Positions 47,865 to 58,100 of a stretch of 64,000 nucleotides of DNA are shown in pieces. Numbering within the stretch: position 1 is the first letter of the stretch; every line of letters starts with the position of its first letter. The translations under genes and the position numbers were made by a program. The stretch is taken from the NCBI GenBank assembly GCA_048882485.1, contig JBHLRP010000007.1:24474-88473 (forward strand), in the 5' to 3' direction. The stretch comes from Candidatus Thorarchaeota archaeon (GTDB lineage: Archaea; Asgardarchaeota; Thorarchaeia; Thorarchaeales; Thorarchaeaceae). The notes beneath the pieces are model-generated. The model was not told the origin of the DNA and searched no databases. It worked only from the letters and a program-made list of their open reading frames with translations.

Positions 47865-50567
47865 ATGGATCGTGCTCAGACTCAAATGATATCGGCATTC
47901 ATGATGTTTCTTCTTCTCCCTGGAGTCGTTCTGGGATTAGTCGTGGCTGGTCCTCTTACTCCAGCTCAAGCTTCAAGTATGGTGCATGCTGTGGCCGTTG
48001 GGAGTGATGCTGCTCCTGCTGTAGTGGGTTCTCTCGAACTTGATTCAACTTCAATCACGCTTGACCAAGCTGATACCATCTCTGAGGCTTTGGGGCTATC
48101 TGGCGTGTCTGTGATTATCCTTATAGATACTCCACTTGGGCCAGCAGATGTCGCTCCTCTTCTGGCATACCTGAATAATGGGGGGGGATTACTCATGCTA
48201 CTTGGTCCTGCTACTTCCATCAATGGAACTGGATTGCAGGAACTGGGCATTACGCTGAGTAACAATGTTGATAGCAGTCCCGATCAAGCTAATGTTGTCA
48301 CTCGTATTGTGAATCCCACTCATGCCGCCCTTGGCTATGATTGGTCATCAGCTCCTCCTACTGAGAAGATCACCGTTCTCCCATCTCTTTCAGCTGTATC
48401 ATCTATCCTTCTGGCGAACGACACTGGATTTGGAACTTACGGCGCACCAATTCTTGTTCATACTCCAATCGGCGCAGGCAATGTCATGGTATACACTTCG
48501 TGGCTGACAGTTGACGTAATGGCTGACAATGGCCAAATCAACGAGGAAATCGTGCTCTGGCCCTACTTCAACTACTTCCTATACTCTTCTACCATGTTTC
48601 TCGGCGAAGAAACGGCCTTCACATATGCTGAATGGAACTATTCTCCGGTTCCGAAGTTTGAGCAGCAGGCCATTATCGGAATTATTGTTGTTGTCTTGGC
48701 TGTAGTGACATTTTCTTCTTATCGTACAATGAAGAGGAGGTCGAAGAGTCACCCAGAAGTGCTGACTGAGATTGAACGGGCTGAATTGCTCATAGAAGTG
48801 GAGGATGTGATAGACAACTGGGAAGATATTGGAATGCACAGGCAACTCGGTGGCTTTCTAATTCAACTCTTCATCACCCTACTCTTAGTTATTCCACGTG
48901 TAGTACTGACCATTATGGTCTATCCATTATTCATCCTGCCATTTCCCCAAGCAGCCGGATGGTACTCATTCAGTGTAAACCTCTTTCTTGGTCTATGGAC
49001 CCTATTTGATCTTGGCACAAGTGTTGCACTGGCGAAATACTTTGCAGAATATAGAGTCACACAGCCCGAAGAGGCAGTCAAGTATGCCCAGATATTCGTC
49101 TGGTTTCAATGTATCACCGGAGTTGTGCAGGTTTCCATCGTGGCATTTGTGGGATCAATAGTCTTTCCACACACCTACCTAGCGCACCTCTCTTATGTCT
49201 TCATTGCTCATTCTGTTTTCCAATTCCCTGGATTCACACTACTATTCATTCATGTTTTCCGGGGCATGAACAGAATTGACTACCAACAAGTGACTTACGT
49301 GCTGAAATACATAGTATTCGACATAGTCGGGCAATATTCGTTGATTATCGTATTTCGGATTTGGGGCGCTGGCAATCCTATATTCGGTGAAGCTTTGGGG
49401 GGCGCTATAGGACAGGCCATTGGGTCTTACTTATCTGAGTGGCTCACGTTCTTTGTCTGTCTCTACATATTTCGTGGATTGGGTCTCAAGACCGGCACAC
49501 TGTTTCGAATCGACTTTGGCAGAGAGCAAATCACCAGGGCTCTGAAGTTTGGTGGAAAGTGGACTGTAGGAGCAGCGGCTGTTCCGTTGGTTTGGTTCTA
49601 TCAGATGCTTCTAATCAGCACAAACCTCTTGAATTGGTCGGCTCTCCAAGGGCAGTTTCAGCTGGCATGGGATCTTGCCATAATGGTTTCAGTAGTAGGT
49701 CTATTCATGGAGGGAATGCTTGGTGGCGTTTCTGAGGCGTATTCTCATGCTAAAAAGAAACTCACTGAGCTTTATACAGCTCAAGGCTTGAAATATGGAG
49801 CATTCTTTGTGTTCTGGCTAATTTCGGTTCTGGCAGCCCTTGGTTGGAGGGCAATTCTGGGAGCCGCAGGTGCTGAGTGGGCATATGCAGCTGAACTCCT
49901 CCAATTTTTCCTTATCTTCCAGCTCTTTGGTTTCTGGAGCTGGCTCGGTGACTGGATGTTCGCTGGTGCAGACCGAACCGGTCTCGCGGCAGCCGCTTGG
50001 ATTCTCGAACAGTCGCTGCGAGCAATCTTCATGACATACCTTGTGTTGACAGAACCGATTGTGTTCGGGCTCTATCTTGGAGGAATGCCTGGGATAATAA
50101 CAGGCTATAGTCTAGCACTTGTCATCAAGGACATTGCAATGTGGGCTCTTATCAGACGCACCATCTCTGCTCCAAAGCTCTATCTCTGGCAGAGCTATGC
50201 CGGACCTGCTATTGCGGCAATCGCAAACTTCCTCGTGCTTGAGATACTTGCTGTGTTTATCTGGCAGGGAGAGATTGTGACATCTGCCATATTGTTCTTC
50301 ATTGGTGTCCTTCCATCACTTTACCTGTATTCATTCATTAGCGGACTCACTGGTACCTGGGATACGCGAACAGTAACGGAATTCAAGCGTGCATCAGACA
50401 TGGTGACTATGCGGGGTATTGGATGGCTGGCTAGAAGATTCTATGGATCAATAGCTCTTGGATCGAGGATATCGCCCATCCATGACAGATTCCCAATTGA
50501 CATCTATGACGAAGCAATGAAGGAAGCTGAGGAGCTGACTAGAGAAAAGAAACAGCTAGTGATTTAG
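47865..50567 (+). CDS. MOP/flippase-like multi-pass membrane protein with N-terminal extracytoplasmic GATase-like domain
   Basis: N-terminal signal/TM; LLAYLNNGGGLLMLLG; then a dozen or more TM helices including LFDLGTSVALAKYFAEY (Wzx/MurJ-like). Confidence 0.7.
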   Translation: MDRAQTQMISAFMMFLLLPGVVLGLVVAGPLTPAQASSMVHAVAVGSDAAPAVVGSLELDSTSITLDQADTISEALGLSGVSVIILIDTPLGPADVAPLLAYLNNGGGLLMLLGPATSINGTGLQELGITLSNNVDSSPDQANVVTRIVNPTHAALGYDWSSAPPTEKITVLPSLSAVSSILLANDTGFGTYGAPILVHTPIGAGNVMVYTSWLTVDVMADNGQINEEIVLWPYFNYFLYSSTMFLGEETAFTYAEWNYSPVPKFEQQAIIGIIVVVLAVVTFSSYRTMKRRSKSHPEVLTEIERAELLIEVEDVIDNWEDIGMHRQLGGFLIQLFITLLLVIPRVVLTIMVYPLFILPFPQAAGWYSFSVNLFLGLWTLFDLGTSVALAKYFAEYRVTQPEEAVKYAQIFVWFQCITGVVQVSIVAFVGSIVFPHTYLAHLSYVFIAHSVFQFPGFTLLFIHVFRGMNRIDYQQVTYVLKYIVFDIVGQYSLIIVFRIWGAGNPIFGEALGGAIGQAIGSYLSEWLTFFVCLYIFRGLGLKTGTLFRIDFGREQITRALKFGGKWTVGAAAVPLVWFYQMLLISTNLLNWSALQGQFQLAWDLAIMVSVVGLFMEGMLGGVSEAYSHAKKKLTELYTAQGLKYGAFFVFWLISVLAALGWRAILGAAGAEWAYAAELLQFFLIFQLFGFWSWLGDWMFAGADRTGLAAAAWILEQSLRAIFMTYLVLTEPIVFGLYLGGMPGIITGYSLALVIKDIAMWALIRRTISAPKLYLWQSYAGPAIAAIANFLVLEILAVFIWQGEIVTSAILFFIGVLPSLYLYSFISGLTGTWDTRTVTEFKRASDMVTMRGIGWLARRFYGSIALGSRISPIHDRFPIDIYDEAMKEAEELTREKKQLVI

Positions 50568-50609
50568 ATGTGATGTTTGTAGAATGGAAACTCGAAGGAA
50601 GAGAGGAAT

Positions 50610-50858
50610 CTACATCTCAAGGTCTTCTGGAAGCTCTTCACCATGCTCTTCGCTTTCTGCAGCCTCACGAGCTATGCCTATCTTTATGAGCGTGACAAGA
50701 TACCCTGCAATTCTATTCCGAACCTTCTTGGTCTTGACGTCGGTGAGCTGCTCTACAAGTCTCTTGTTGCTCTCAAAATCCTCTGTGAAGGTGTCTGGAT
50801 ACAACTGAAGCAACATTCTTGCTGCGTTTTTGATGTATCGTGGTCTTACGCTACCCAA
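50610..50858 (-). CDS. rps17e: 30S ribosomal protein eS17
   Basis: TTG 50858: MGSVRPRYIKNAAR...FTEDFESNKRLV...KKVRNRIAGY; the ORF-track N-terminal extension is spurious. Confidence 0.95.
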   Translation of the reverse strand: MGSVRPRYIKNAARMLLQLYPDTFTEDFESNKRLVEQLTDVKTKKVRNRIAGYLVTLIKIGIAREAAESEEHGEELPEDLEM

Positions 50859-50954
50859 TTCTAACTCACCGTGTGATGTGACTGAAACATCGTGCCCTAG
50901 AGTATGAATATAAAGCATGTGGTGCCTACTTCGTTTGGGAGCGGCGATTAGCCA

Positions 50955-52709
50955 ATGCATTACGAAACCCTTGCTCTTGCATACGAGGAAATTGAAGATA
51001 CTACGGGCACTCTTGAGAAGACAAGACTCTTCTCCGATCTGTTGGAAAAGGCGGATCCTCTGGAAGTCGATAGAATTGTGGCTCTAACGATTGCCAAGCT
51101 CCATCCAGATTGGGCAGGAGAGCCTGAAATCGGGATTGCGGAAAAGATGGCCGTTCAAGTCGTTGCGGCAGCCGCTTCCGTCAGAGAAAGCTTGGTTAAG
51201 GAGAAGCTGAGAGAGGTTGGTGATATTGGCGCTGCAGCTGAATCTTTGTTGCAGGACGGTGCGCAGACTTCTCTCTTCGCAGAAGAATTGACAGTCCAAC
51301 ACGTCTATGACACTCTTGACGCGATGTCACGTATCAGTGGCAAAGGCAGTGCAAAGGACAAGACAGCTAAGCTTGTAGGTCTCCTATCTGACTCATCACC
51401 TCTTGAGGCCAAATACATACTGCGTACAATTACTGGGCAGCTCAGGTTAGGGCTTGGATACATGGGTGTCATGGACTCTCTAGCGATGGCATTCGCAGGC
51501 GGAAAAGAAGCACGTGAACCAATAGAGAACGCATTCAATGTCTGCAGCGACCTAGCAGCCGTTGCACGAACTCTCGCAACTGAAGGGATTTACGCGGTGG
51601 GAAACGTCAAGACAACAGTAGGTCGGCCTATTAGAATGATGGCCGCAAAGAAGCTTTCCGACTCAAGTGAGATAATCGAGAAGGCCGGACCTGAAGTTCT
51701 AGTAGAATACAAGTATGACGGGGAACGAGTTCAAGTGCATAAGAATGGTGATGACGTCACTCTTTTCTCAAGGCGTCAAGAAGTGATAACAGAACAGTAT
51801 CCTGATGTCGTTGAACTAGTAAGAGCTCAAGTTAGGGCTGAAACATGTGTCCTTGAGGGTGAATGTGTTGCAATAGATCTTGAAACAGGACGAAGTCGTC
51901 CATTTCAGGAACTCATGAGGCGTCGAAGAAAGACAGACATCGATGAGATGAGCGAGGAGGTCCCTGTTGCAGTCTATTTCTTTGACATACTGTTCCACGA
52001 AGGCAAGGATGTAACAGATCTTCCAATGAGCAAGAGAAGAGAGCTGCTTGAGAAGACAGTCGAAAAGAGTGATAGAGTTTCGCTGACAGTTGGTGAGTTG
52101 ACTTCTGATCCCGAGCGACTTGATGAGATATTCACCAATGCTATTGAAACAGGTCATGAAGGAGTAATTGCGAAAGCCGTGCATGAGAACTCAACATACC
52201 AAGCAGGTTCTCGAAGCTGGTTATGGATCAAGTTGAAGGCATCATACCAAGAAGGGATGTCCGATTCCGTGGATCTAGTTGTTGTTGGTGCATTCCATGG
52301 CCGAGGCAAGAGAACAGGTCTATATGGGGCAATTCTGACTTCAGTCTATGATGAAGACTCAGATACATTCCCAACTGTCTGTAAAATAGGGACTGGTTTC
52401 ACTGATGCAATGTTGAGTGAGTTCAAGGAGCGACTGGATCGGCACAAGCTGGAAACACGGAGTCCTAAGGTTGTATCGGAAATGGATGCTGAAGTCTGGT
52501 TCAATCCTGAAGAGGTAATTGAGGTTCTTGGTGACGAGATTACTATCAGTCCTATTCACCCCGCAGGCAAACGCCAAATCAAGGATGGAGGACTCGCGAT
52601 ACGATTCCCAAGATTCACGGGTCGATGGAGGGACGACAAGGATCCCCGTCAGGCTACCTCTGTAAATGAGCTAATTGAGCTATTTGACAGACAGCGAAGT
52701 AGAGGCTAG
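50955..52709 (+). CDS. lig: ATP-dependent DNA ligase
   Basis: EYKYDGER, LEGE, FDIL, EGVIAK, WIKLK, IRFPRF. Confidence 0.96.
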   Translation: MHYETLALAYEEIEDTTGTLEKTRLFSDLLEKADPLEVDRIVALTIAKLHPDWAGEPEIGIAEKMAVQVVAAAASVRESLVKEKLREVGDIGAAAESLLQDGAQTSLFAEELTVQHVYDTLDAMSRISGKGSAKDKTAKLVGLLSDSSPLEAKYILRTITGQLRLGLGYMGVMDSLAMAFAGGKEAREPIENAFNVCSDLAAVARTLATEGIYAVGNVKTTVGRPIRMMAAKKLSDSSEIIEKAGPEVLVEYKYDGERVQVHKNGDDVTLFSRRQEVITEQYPDVVELVRAQVRAETCVLEGECVAIDLETGRSRPFQELMRRRRKTDIDEMSEEVPVAVYFFDILFHEGKDVTDLPMSKRRELLEKTVEKSDRVSLTVGELTSDPERLDEIFTNAIETGHEGVIAKAVHENSTYQAGSRSWLWIKLKASYQEGMSDSVDLVVVGAFHGRGKRTGLYGAILTSVYDEDSDTFPTVCKIGTGFTDAMLSEFKERLDRHKLETRSPKVVSEMDAEVWFNPEEVIEVLGDEITISPIHPAGKRQIKDGGLAIRFPRFTGRWRDDKDPRQATSVNELIELFDRQRSRG

Positions 52710-52772
52710 GGGATGTGAGTCCGACAGTTTAAGAAGCAAGTCCGTCCTGTGCAATAGACGGAGTGAAATCGG

Positions 52773-53231
52773 ATGCATAGTATTCGGGTGAACGATCAGC
52801 GTCTTCATTTCAGTTCTGCCCATTTCGTCATAGGCGCTGATTATTGTGAAACCCTCCATGGACATAATTACTTCGTTGATATCACCGTTTCAGGACCACT
52901 TGATTCAGAAGGCATGGTAATGGATTTCAGAGAAATCAAGAAGAAGGCGATTCAGATATGCGAGCGACTTGATCATAAGACTTTGCTGCCCAGCAAGTCA
53001 AAATCCATCGAGGTTAATGATAGTGATTTCTCATATGAGGTGACTGTGAGCGGCAAACGCTATGTCTTTCCAAAGGAAGACTGTTTCGTATTGCCCATTG
53101 ATGCAACAACAGCTGAACGACTTGCAGAGTATATTGCATCCCAGATGGACCTCCGCGAAAGCTATGCTGTGAAGGTCTGTGTGAGTGAGAGTATTGGTTC
53201 TATGGGCTGTTTTGAGTCAAAAGCCGCCTAG
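52773..53231 (+). CDS. queD: 6-carboxy-5,6,7,8-tetrahydropterin synthase (QueD/PTPS)
   Basis: FSSAHF, CETLHGHNY (CxxxHGH), LDHK, TTAERLA. Confidence 0.9.
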   Translation: MHSIRVNDQRLHFSSAHFVIGADYCETLHGHNYFVDITVSGPLDSEGMVMDFREIKKKAIQICERLDHKTLLPSKSKSIEVNDSDFSYEVTVSGKRYVFPKEDCFVLPIDATTAERLAEYIASQMDLRESYAVKVCVSESIGSMGCFESKAA

Positions 53232-54661
53232 ACTTCATTAGATAATCTTGGGAACCAGACCTTGAATTTAGCTCCACTAGTCCAATCACCTTCTATTCGA
53301 TCAGTGACCTCTATGGCTCCACCGTATTTCTCTGCAATTTGACATGCTTGGTGGATTCCAACTCCTCCGAATCGTCTATTAGGATCGAAGAGTGTCTTCT
53401 TCATTTCGTCCTTGATACCAGGACCATCATCTGATATCCTGACCTCGTACTCATCCTCATGAGCTTCAAGACTTACCCAGATGTGTGTTTCCTCCTCTCT
53501 GCTATGTCTCACTGCATTTTCCAAGATATTGAACAACAAGAGTCGAATATATTTGTCAGCCCTCACATTGGCTTCAGTCACCTTACAGTCAATTTCTACG
53601 GTAACGCCTTCTTGCTTCTCCTGAAACTCCTGAACGCAATCTATCAGTGTCCTGCAGAGTGAGACTCTTTTCAAAGGCTCCTGAAGTAGGTCTCTCGTGG
53701 CGTGCACAGCCGCGATTAACTCATCACAGCGTTCTACAGAACTTTCTATTTCTGCAAGGACTCTTGGATCCCTTTCAGGGCTGTGTTCTTGGGTCAGAAG
53801 TTCTGTGCCAATCTTTATGGCTTGGAGTTGGTTCCTGATGTCATGCTGCAAAATGTCCAAGTAAAGCGTGGCAATATTGCTGGTCGCTCGAAGCTCTTCC
53901 TCGACTCTCTTGAGCTCAGTGACATCATGAACCACTGCCACTATTCGGCTTCCATCCTCGTGAGGACTCAGCGTTGTCCAGTAGGCGCGCCTTTCATCAT
54001 CATCAATCAAGAACTCGAAGCTGCGCGCTGTCGAATCGGTCTGAACCTTCTCGAGATTTGACATATAGAGTTCTGTCACCTCAGCTGGCATGAGTTCGCC
54101 AATCCACTTGCCTTGAAATTGAGCGGGATCCAGTTCCGCACGAAGTCCTCTCGCAGAGTAGTACTCGGAGATTTTCCCTTTGCGGTCCAGGACAAAGACG
54201 ATATCTCGAAGTGATTTCACAAGCATTCGATGTTTCATTTCCGATTCGCGGAGTGCTTCTTCAGCCTCTCGCTGGGTCTGACGAACTTCAGCTTCCTTAA
54301 TTTCCCGTTGGATTGCTGGAACTAATCTGGCTAGGTTGTCCTTCTTCAGATAATCATGGACACCAGCCTTCATCATTCGCACAGCTACATCCTCGGAGAT
54401 AGCTCCTGAAACTATGATGAATGGAATGTCCCGTTTGCCGGCTCTGACCAGCTCAAGCGCTTCCTCCGTGCTGAAATTAGGCAACATATAATCGCAGAGG
54501 ACTAGGTCCCATGCGTCTGATTCAAGTGCTTTCCTCATCGCTTCATCGGTCCATACACGATGAATCTCAGGGCTGTAGCCACCTTTCTTTAGTTCACGTT
54601 CTATTAGGATTGCATCATCCTCTGAATCCTCTATCAGGAGGATGCGAATCCAATTTGTCAC
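53228..54661 (-). CDS. Hybrid receiver-PAS-histidine kinase
   Basis: ILLIEDSEDD, LCDYMLP, DYLKK; PAS; HDIRNQL, NILENAVRH, DDGPGI, GVG. Start GTG 54661 overlaps the upstream stop. Confidence 0.9.
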   Translation of the reverse strand: MTNWIRILLIEDSEDDAILIERELKKGGYSPEIHRVWTDEAMRKALESDAWDLVLCDYMLPNFSTEEALELVRAGKRDIPFIIVSGAISEDVAVRMMKAGVHDYLKKDNLARLVPAIQREIKEAEVRQTQREAEEALRESEMKHRMLVKSLRDIVFVLDRKGKISEYYSARGLRAELDPAQFQGKWIGELMPAEVTELYMSNLEKVQTDSTARSFEFLIDDDERRAYWTTLSPHEDGSRIVAVVHDVTELKRVEEELRATSNIATLYLDILQHDIRNQLQAIKIGTELLTQEHSPERDPRVLAEIESSVERCDELIAAVHATRDLLQEPLKRVSLCRTLIDCVQEFQEKQEGVTVEIDCKVTEANVRADKYIRLLLFNILENAVRHSREEETHIWVSLEAHEDEYEVRISDDGPGIKDEMKKTLFDPNRRFGGVGIHQACQIAEKYGGAIEVTDRIEGDWTSGAKFKVWFPRLSNEV

Positions 54662-55107
54662 TTGCCAGAACCTCCTTTGGGACTGACATTTAGGAGCAGC
54701 CAATATAGACCAAGTGTCTGGACTGCCTTCACAAACTGGTCAAAGTCCACAGGCTTCTGTATATAGCTATTAGCTCCAAGATTGTAGCTCTCTATGATGT
54801 CCTGCTCTTCTTTGGACGATGTCAAAATGACTGTTGGAAGAAGCTTGAATTCTTCTGAATTCCTAATTGTTTTGAGAAACTCAAGGCCGCCCATCCGCGG
54901 CATCTTGAGATCGAGAAGGATTACCATTGGAATCTCTCTTGTATCACGGCTGCTGAATTTCCCTTCTCCCTTCAAGTACTCCAGAGCCTCTTTACCATCG
55001 TTTGCTACATCAACTTGGTCGGCGATGTTCGCCTTTTCCAAGGCCCTCCTAGTGAGGAGCACATCGTCTCGATTATCTTCGACGAGGAGGATTCTATCGC
55101 CGGTCAA
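54658..55107 (-). CDS. Single-domain response regulator (Rcp1/CheY-like)
   Basis: LLVEDNRDD, LLDLKMP, LTSS, GANSYIQKP, LGLYWL. Confidence 0.93.
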   Translation of the reverse strand: MTGDRILLVEDNRDDVLLTRRALEKANIADQVDVANDGKEALEYLKGEGKFSSRDTREIPMVILLDLKMPRMGGLEFLKTIRNSEEFKLLPTVILTSSKEEQDIIESYNLGANSYIQKPVDFDQFVKAVQTLGLYWLLLNVSPKGGSGK

Positions 55108-58100
55108 TTGGAGTCCTCCGCTTTCTTTCTGAGTGTGAAATAGAATGTTGCACCTTTCCCTGTTTCTCCTTCTGCCCAGACTCTGCCTCCGTGTCGACTG
55201 ATGGCCCGTTCCACAGTTGCCAGTCCTATACCTGAGCCTTCGAACTCGTCAGCCTTATGTAGACGTTGGAACGGCTTAAACAGTCTTTCGGCAAATTCCA
55301 TCTCAAATCCTGCTCCATTGTCTTTCACATAATATACTGATTCGCCTTCGACATCAACTGACCCGAATTCGATTATTGGTTCATCCACTGAAGAGGTGAA
55401 TTTCCATGCATTGCTCAAGAGGTTTTGGAGTGCCGCTCTCATCAGACGCCTGTCACATCTGTTTCTTAATCCTTCCTCAATGACAATCCTAGGGTTCCTT
55501 TCGGGATCGCTCTCCCTCAGGTCCTTGATCACTTCTTCGGCCATCAACGACAGATTGACCGAAACTCTATCCATTTCCAACCTTGTTACTCTTGAGAGGT
55601 CGAGAATATCATCAATTTGGCCAGCCATTCTTATAGCTGCGCGCCTAATCCGCTCCAGGTAGTCCTTTCCAGTATTGTCAAGAGTTTCTTTGTAGTCCTC
55701 CAATAGTGCTTGACTGAACCCATCCATTGTCCGAAGAGGCGCTCTTAAGTCGTGAGAAACTGTGTAGGCAAATGCTTCCAGCTCCTTATTTGCTGAAGCC
55801 AACTCAGCCGTGCGTTCTTCCACCAATTTGTTAAGCTGCTCGTTGAGTCTTCGTACTTCTCTCTCTGCGCGAACCCTGTCTGTAAGATCTAGAAAGGATA
55901 CTGCTATCATTCCAGGAAGCACAGGAAATATACTTGTTCTGACTGCCCTAATCACTTGGTCTTCTTCGACTCTCACATCCTCCGTGTGCCATGGAATGCC
56001 CTCTTTCACTACTCGTCGACATTGCTCGATAACCATTGCCCTCTGATGACTTGATGCTATTTCTTCCAATGTCTTTCCCACTAATGATGTACCAGAAGTA
56101 TTCAGCATCGAGTCAATGGCAGGATTTACCTCAACCAAACGGAGGGCGCCGTCAGAATCCTGCTCCAATAATTGGAGTCCAATTGGTATTTCATTGAAGA
56201 TACTACGGAATTTTTCTTCAGCAGCTGCGAGTGCCTCCTGTGATCTCAGTTTCTCAAGCACTTGAGCGAACATATCTGCCACAGTTTCAAAGAATATTCG
56301 AGCCTCCTCTTCCATTTCCTTTTTATCCTTCGAAGCGATACCTAGCACACCCAGCAAGTCCTTCTTACTGTCTAGCAGGGGCCAGACTATTGCTGACCGA
56401 ATTTCCAATCTCTCTAGCCATTCGTAGAAGGAATCTAGCGATTCATCTACACTAATGTCTGGTGCGAATATTGGCTTCTTGGTCAATGCTACATTTGAGA
56501 TAACGAATTTCCTACCAGCTTCTTCATCTAATGGCATTGAGCCCGCGAGCAACTCGTCCTTCATTCCTATTCTAGAAATTGTGATGAGTTTTGATTCATC
56601 TTGATTGGGGATGCTTACCGAGCCCTTTTCGAATCCAAGCGTTTCAATAAGCCCTGATAGAACCTGGCTGCATAAATCATCAACCGATTTGGAGTAGACT
56701 GCTGCCTCTGCGATAAGTTTGAAAGCTCTTCTTTCCCGCTTGACCGTTTCTTCGGCCAATACACGTGCCGTGATGTCACGTACAACCGATATCACGCTCT
56801 TTTCATCTTCATGCCTGCTCATCTTAGCTGAAAACCAATGCGGAATGCCGCGCACCTCAAGGGGATAATCGTAGATCCTGGTTTCACCAGATTCTCGTAC
56901 AGCTTGAACATTCTCTAGGTAGGCGTCTGCCATTTCCGGTGGAAGGATTTCTTTGACATGTCTACCAAGGAACTCTTCAGGTGGCGCCACAAGGTATTGC
57001 TTTTCAGCCCCATAGAACTCTACATTTCTATCCTTCTCGTTATAGACAAACACCAGGTCTTGCATCGATTGAACCAGTGTTCTGTATCTCTCCTCAGACT
57101 CTTTGAGGGCGGCTTCAGCCCAACGCTTTTCAGTAATATCCTCGCCCGAACTGATGAGACCGATAATCTGCCCTTCATCATCTTTGAGGACAACAGAACT
57201 CCATTCAATCAGTCTTTCCTCATCATTGAATGTGACTATGTGCCTCTCCTGTCTTTCAATCTCCTCCAGACTGCCGGACATCAACTGATTGAAGGCTGCA
57301 CGCACCTCAATTCTTTCCCTCTCGGGCACCAGCTTGAACCAGCTTGTTCCTATGGCCTCACTAGGGCTACATGAAAAGACCTCACATCCTTTCCTATTAA
57401 GGAGGGTAATCTTGCCTTCTCTGTTGAGAACAAGAAATATCACTCCTGCCATGTCCAAATAGAGCTGAGCCCTGTCCCTCTCGCCCCGAAGAGCCTCCTC
57501 TGCCCGCTTTTGTGCTTCTGACGCTTGATGTTTCTCGGTTATGTCGATGATTGAGGACTGCATCGCCTGACTGCCAGCATAATCGATGATACTTGCAAAG
57601 GACTCAACCCACCTAATCTCGCCATCAGGGCGAAGGATGCGGTATTTTGTGCTACCTAATCGCTTTCCGCCTTTCATGTATTCCCTGTATCGTTCTCTGA
57701 GTCGTTCGCGGTCATCAGAATGTATAACATCCCAAATCCCAGAACCTACATCTCCGTCAATAATTTCCTCAACTGAACGACCCATGATGTCCGCGTAGGT
57801 CTGATTGCAGTATACGACACCATCTCCTGCCATTATTGCTAACCCTTGAATCGACTGCTCTGCAAGAGCTCTATACTTGCCTTCTGACTCACGCAGTTCC
57901 ATCTCTATCTTTTGCCTGCCTGTAATATCTCGCACAACGACCACGAAGCTTTCAGGCGTTCCATCCGAATCACGAATGACTGTTCCGTTAACTTCTGCGA
58001 GGTATGTGCTGTTATCGGCTCGAAGGAGGATTAACCGCACTGACTCAGGAATCTCACGTCCTTCATGAATCGCTCGCAACATGATTTCCTTGGCATTGCC

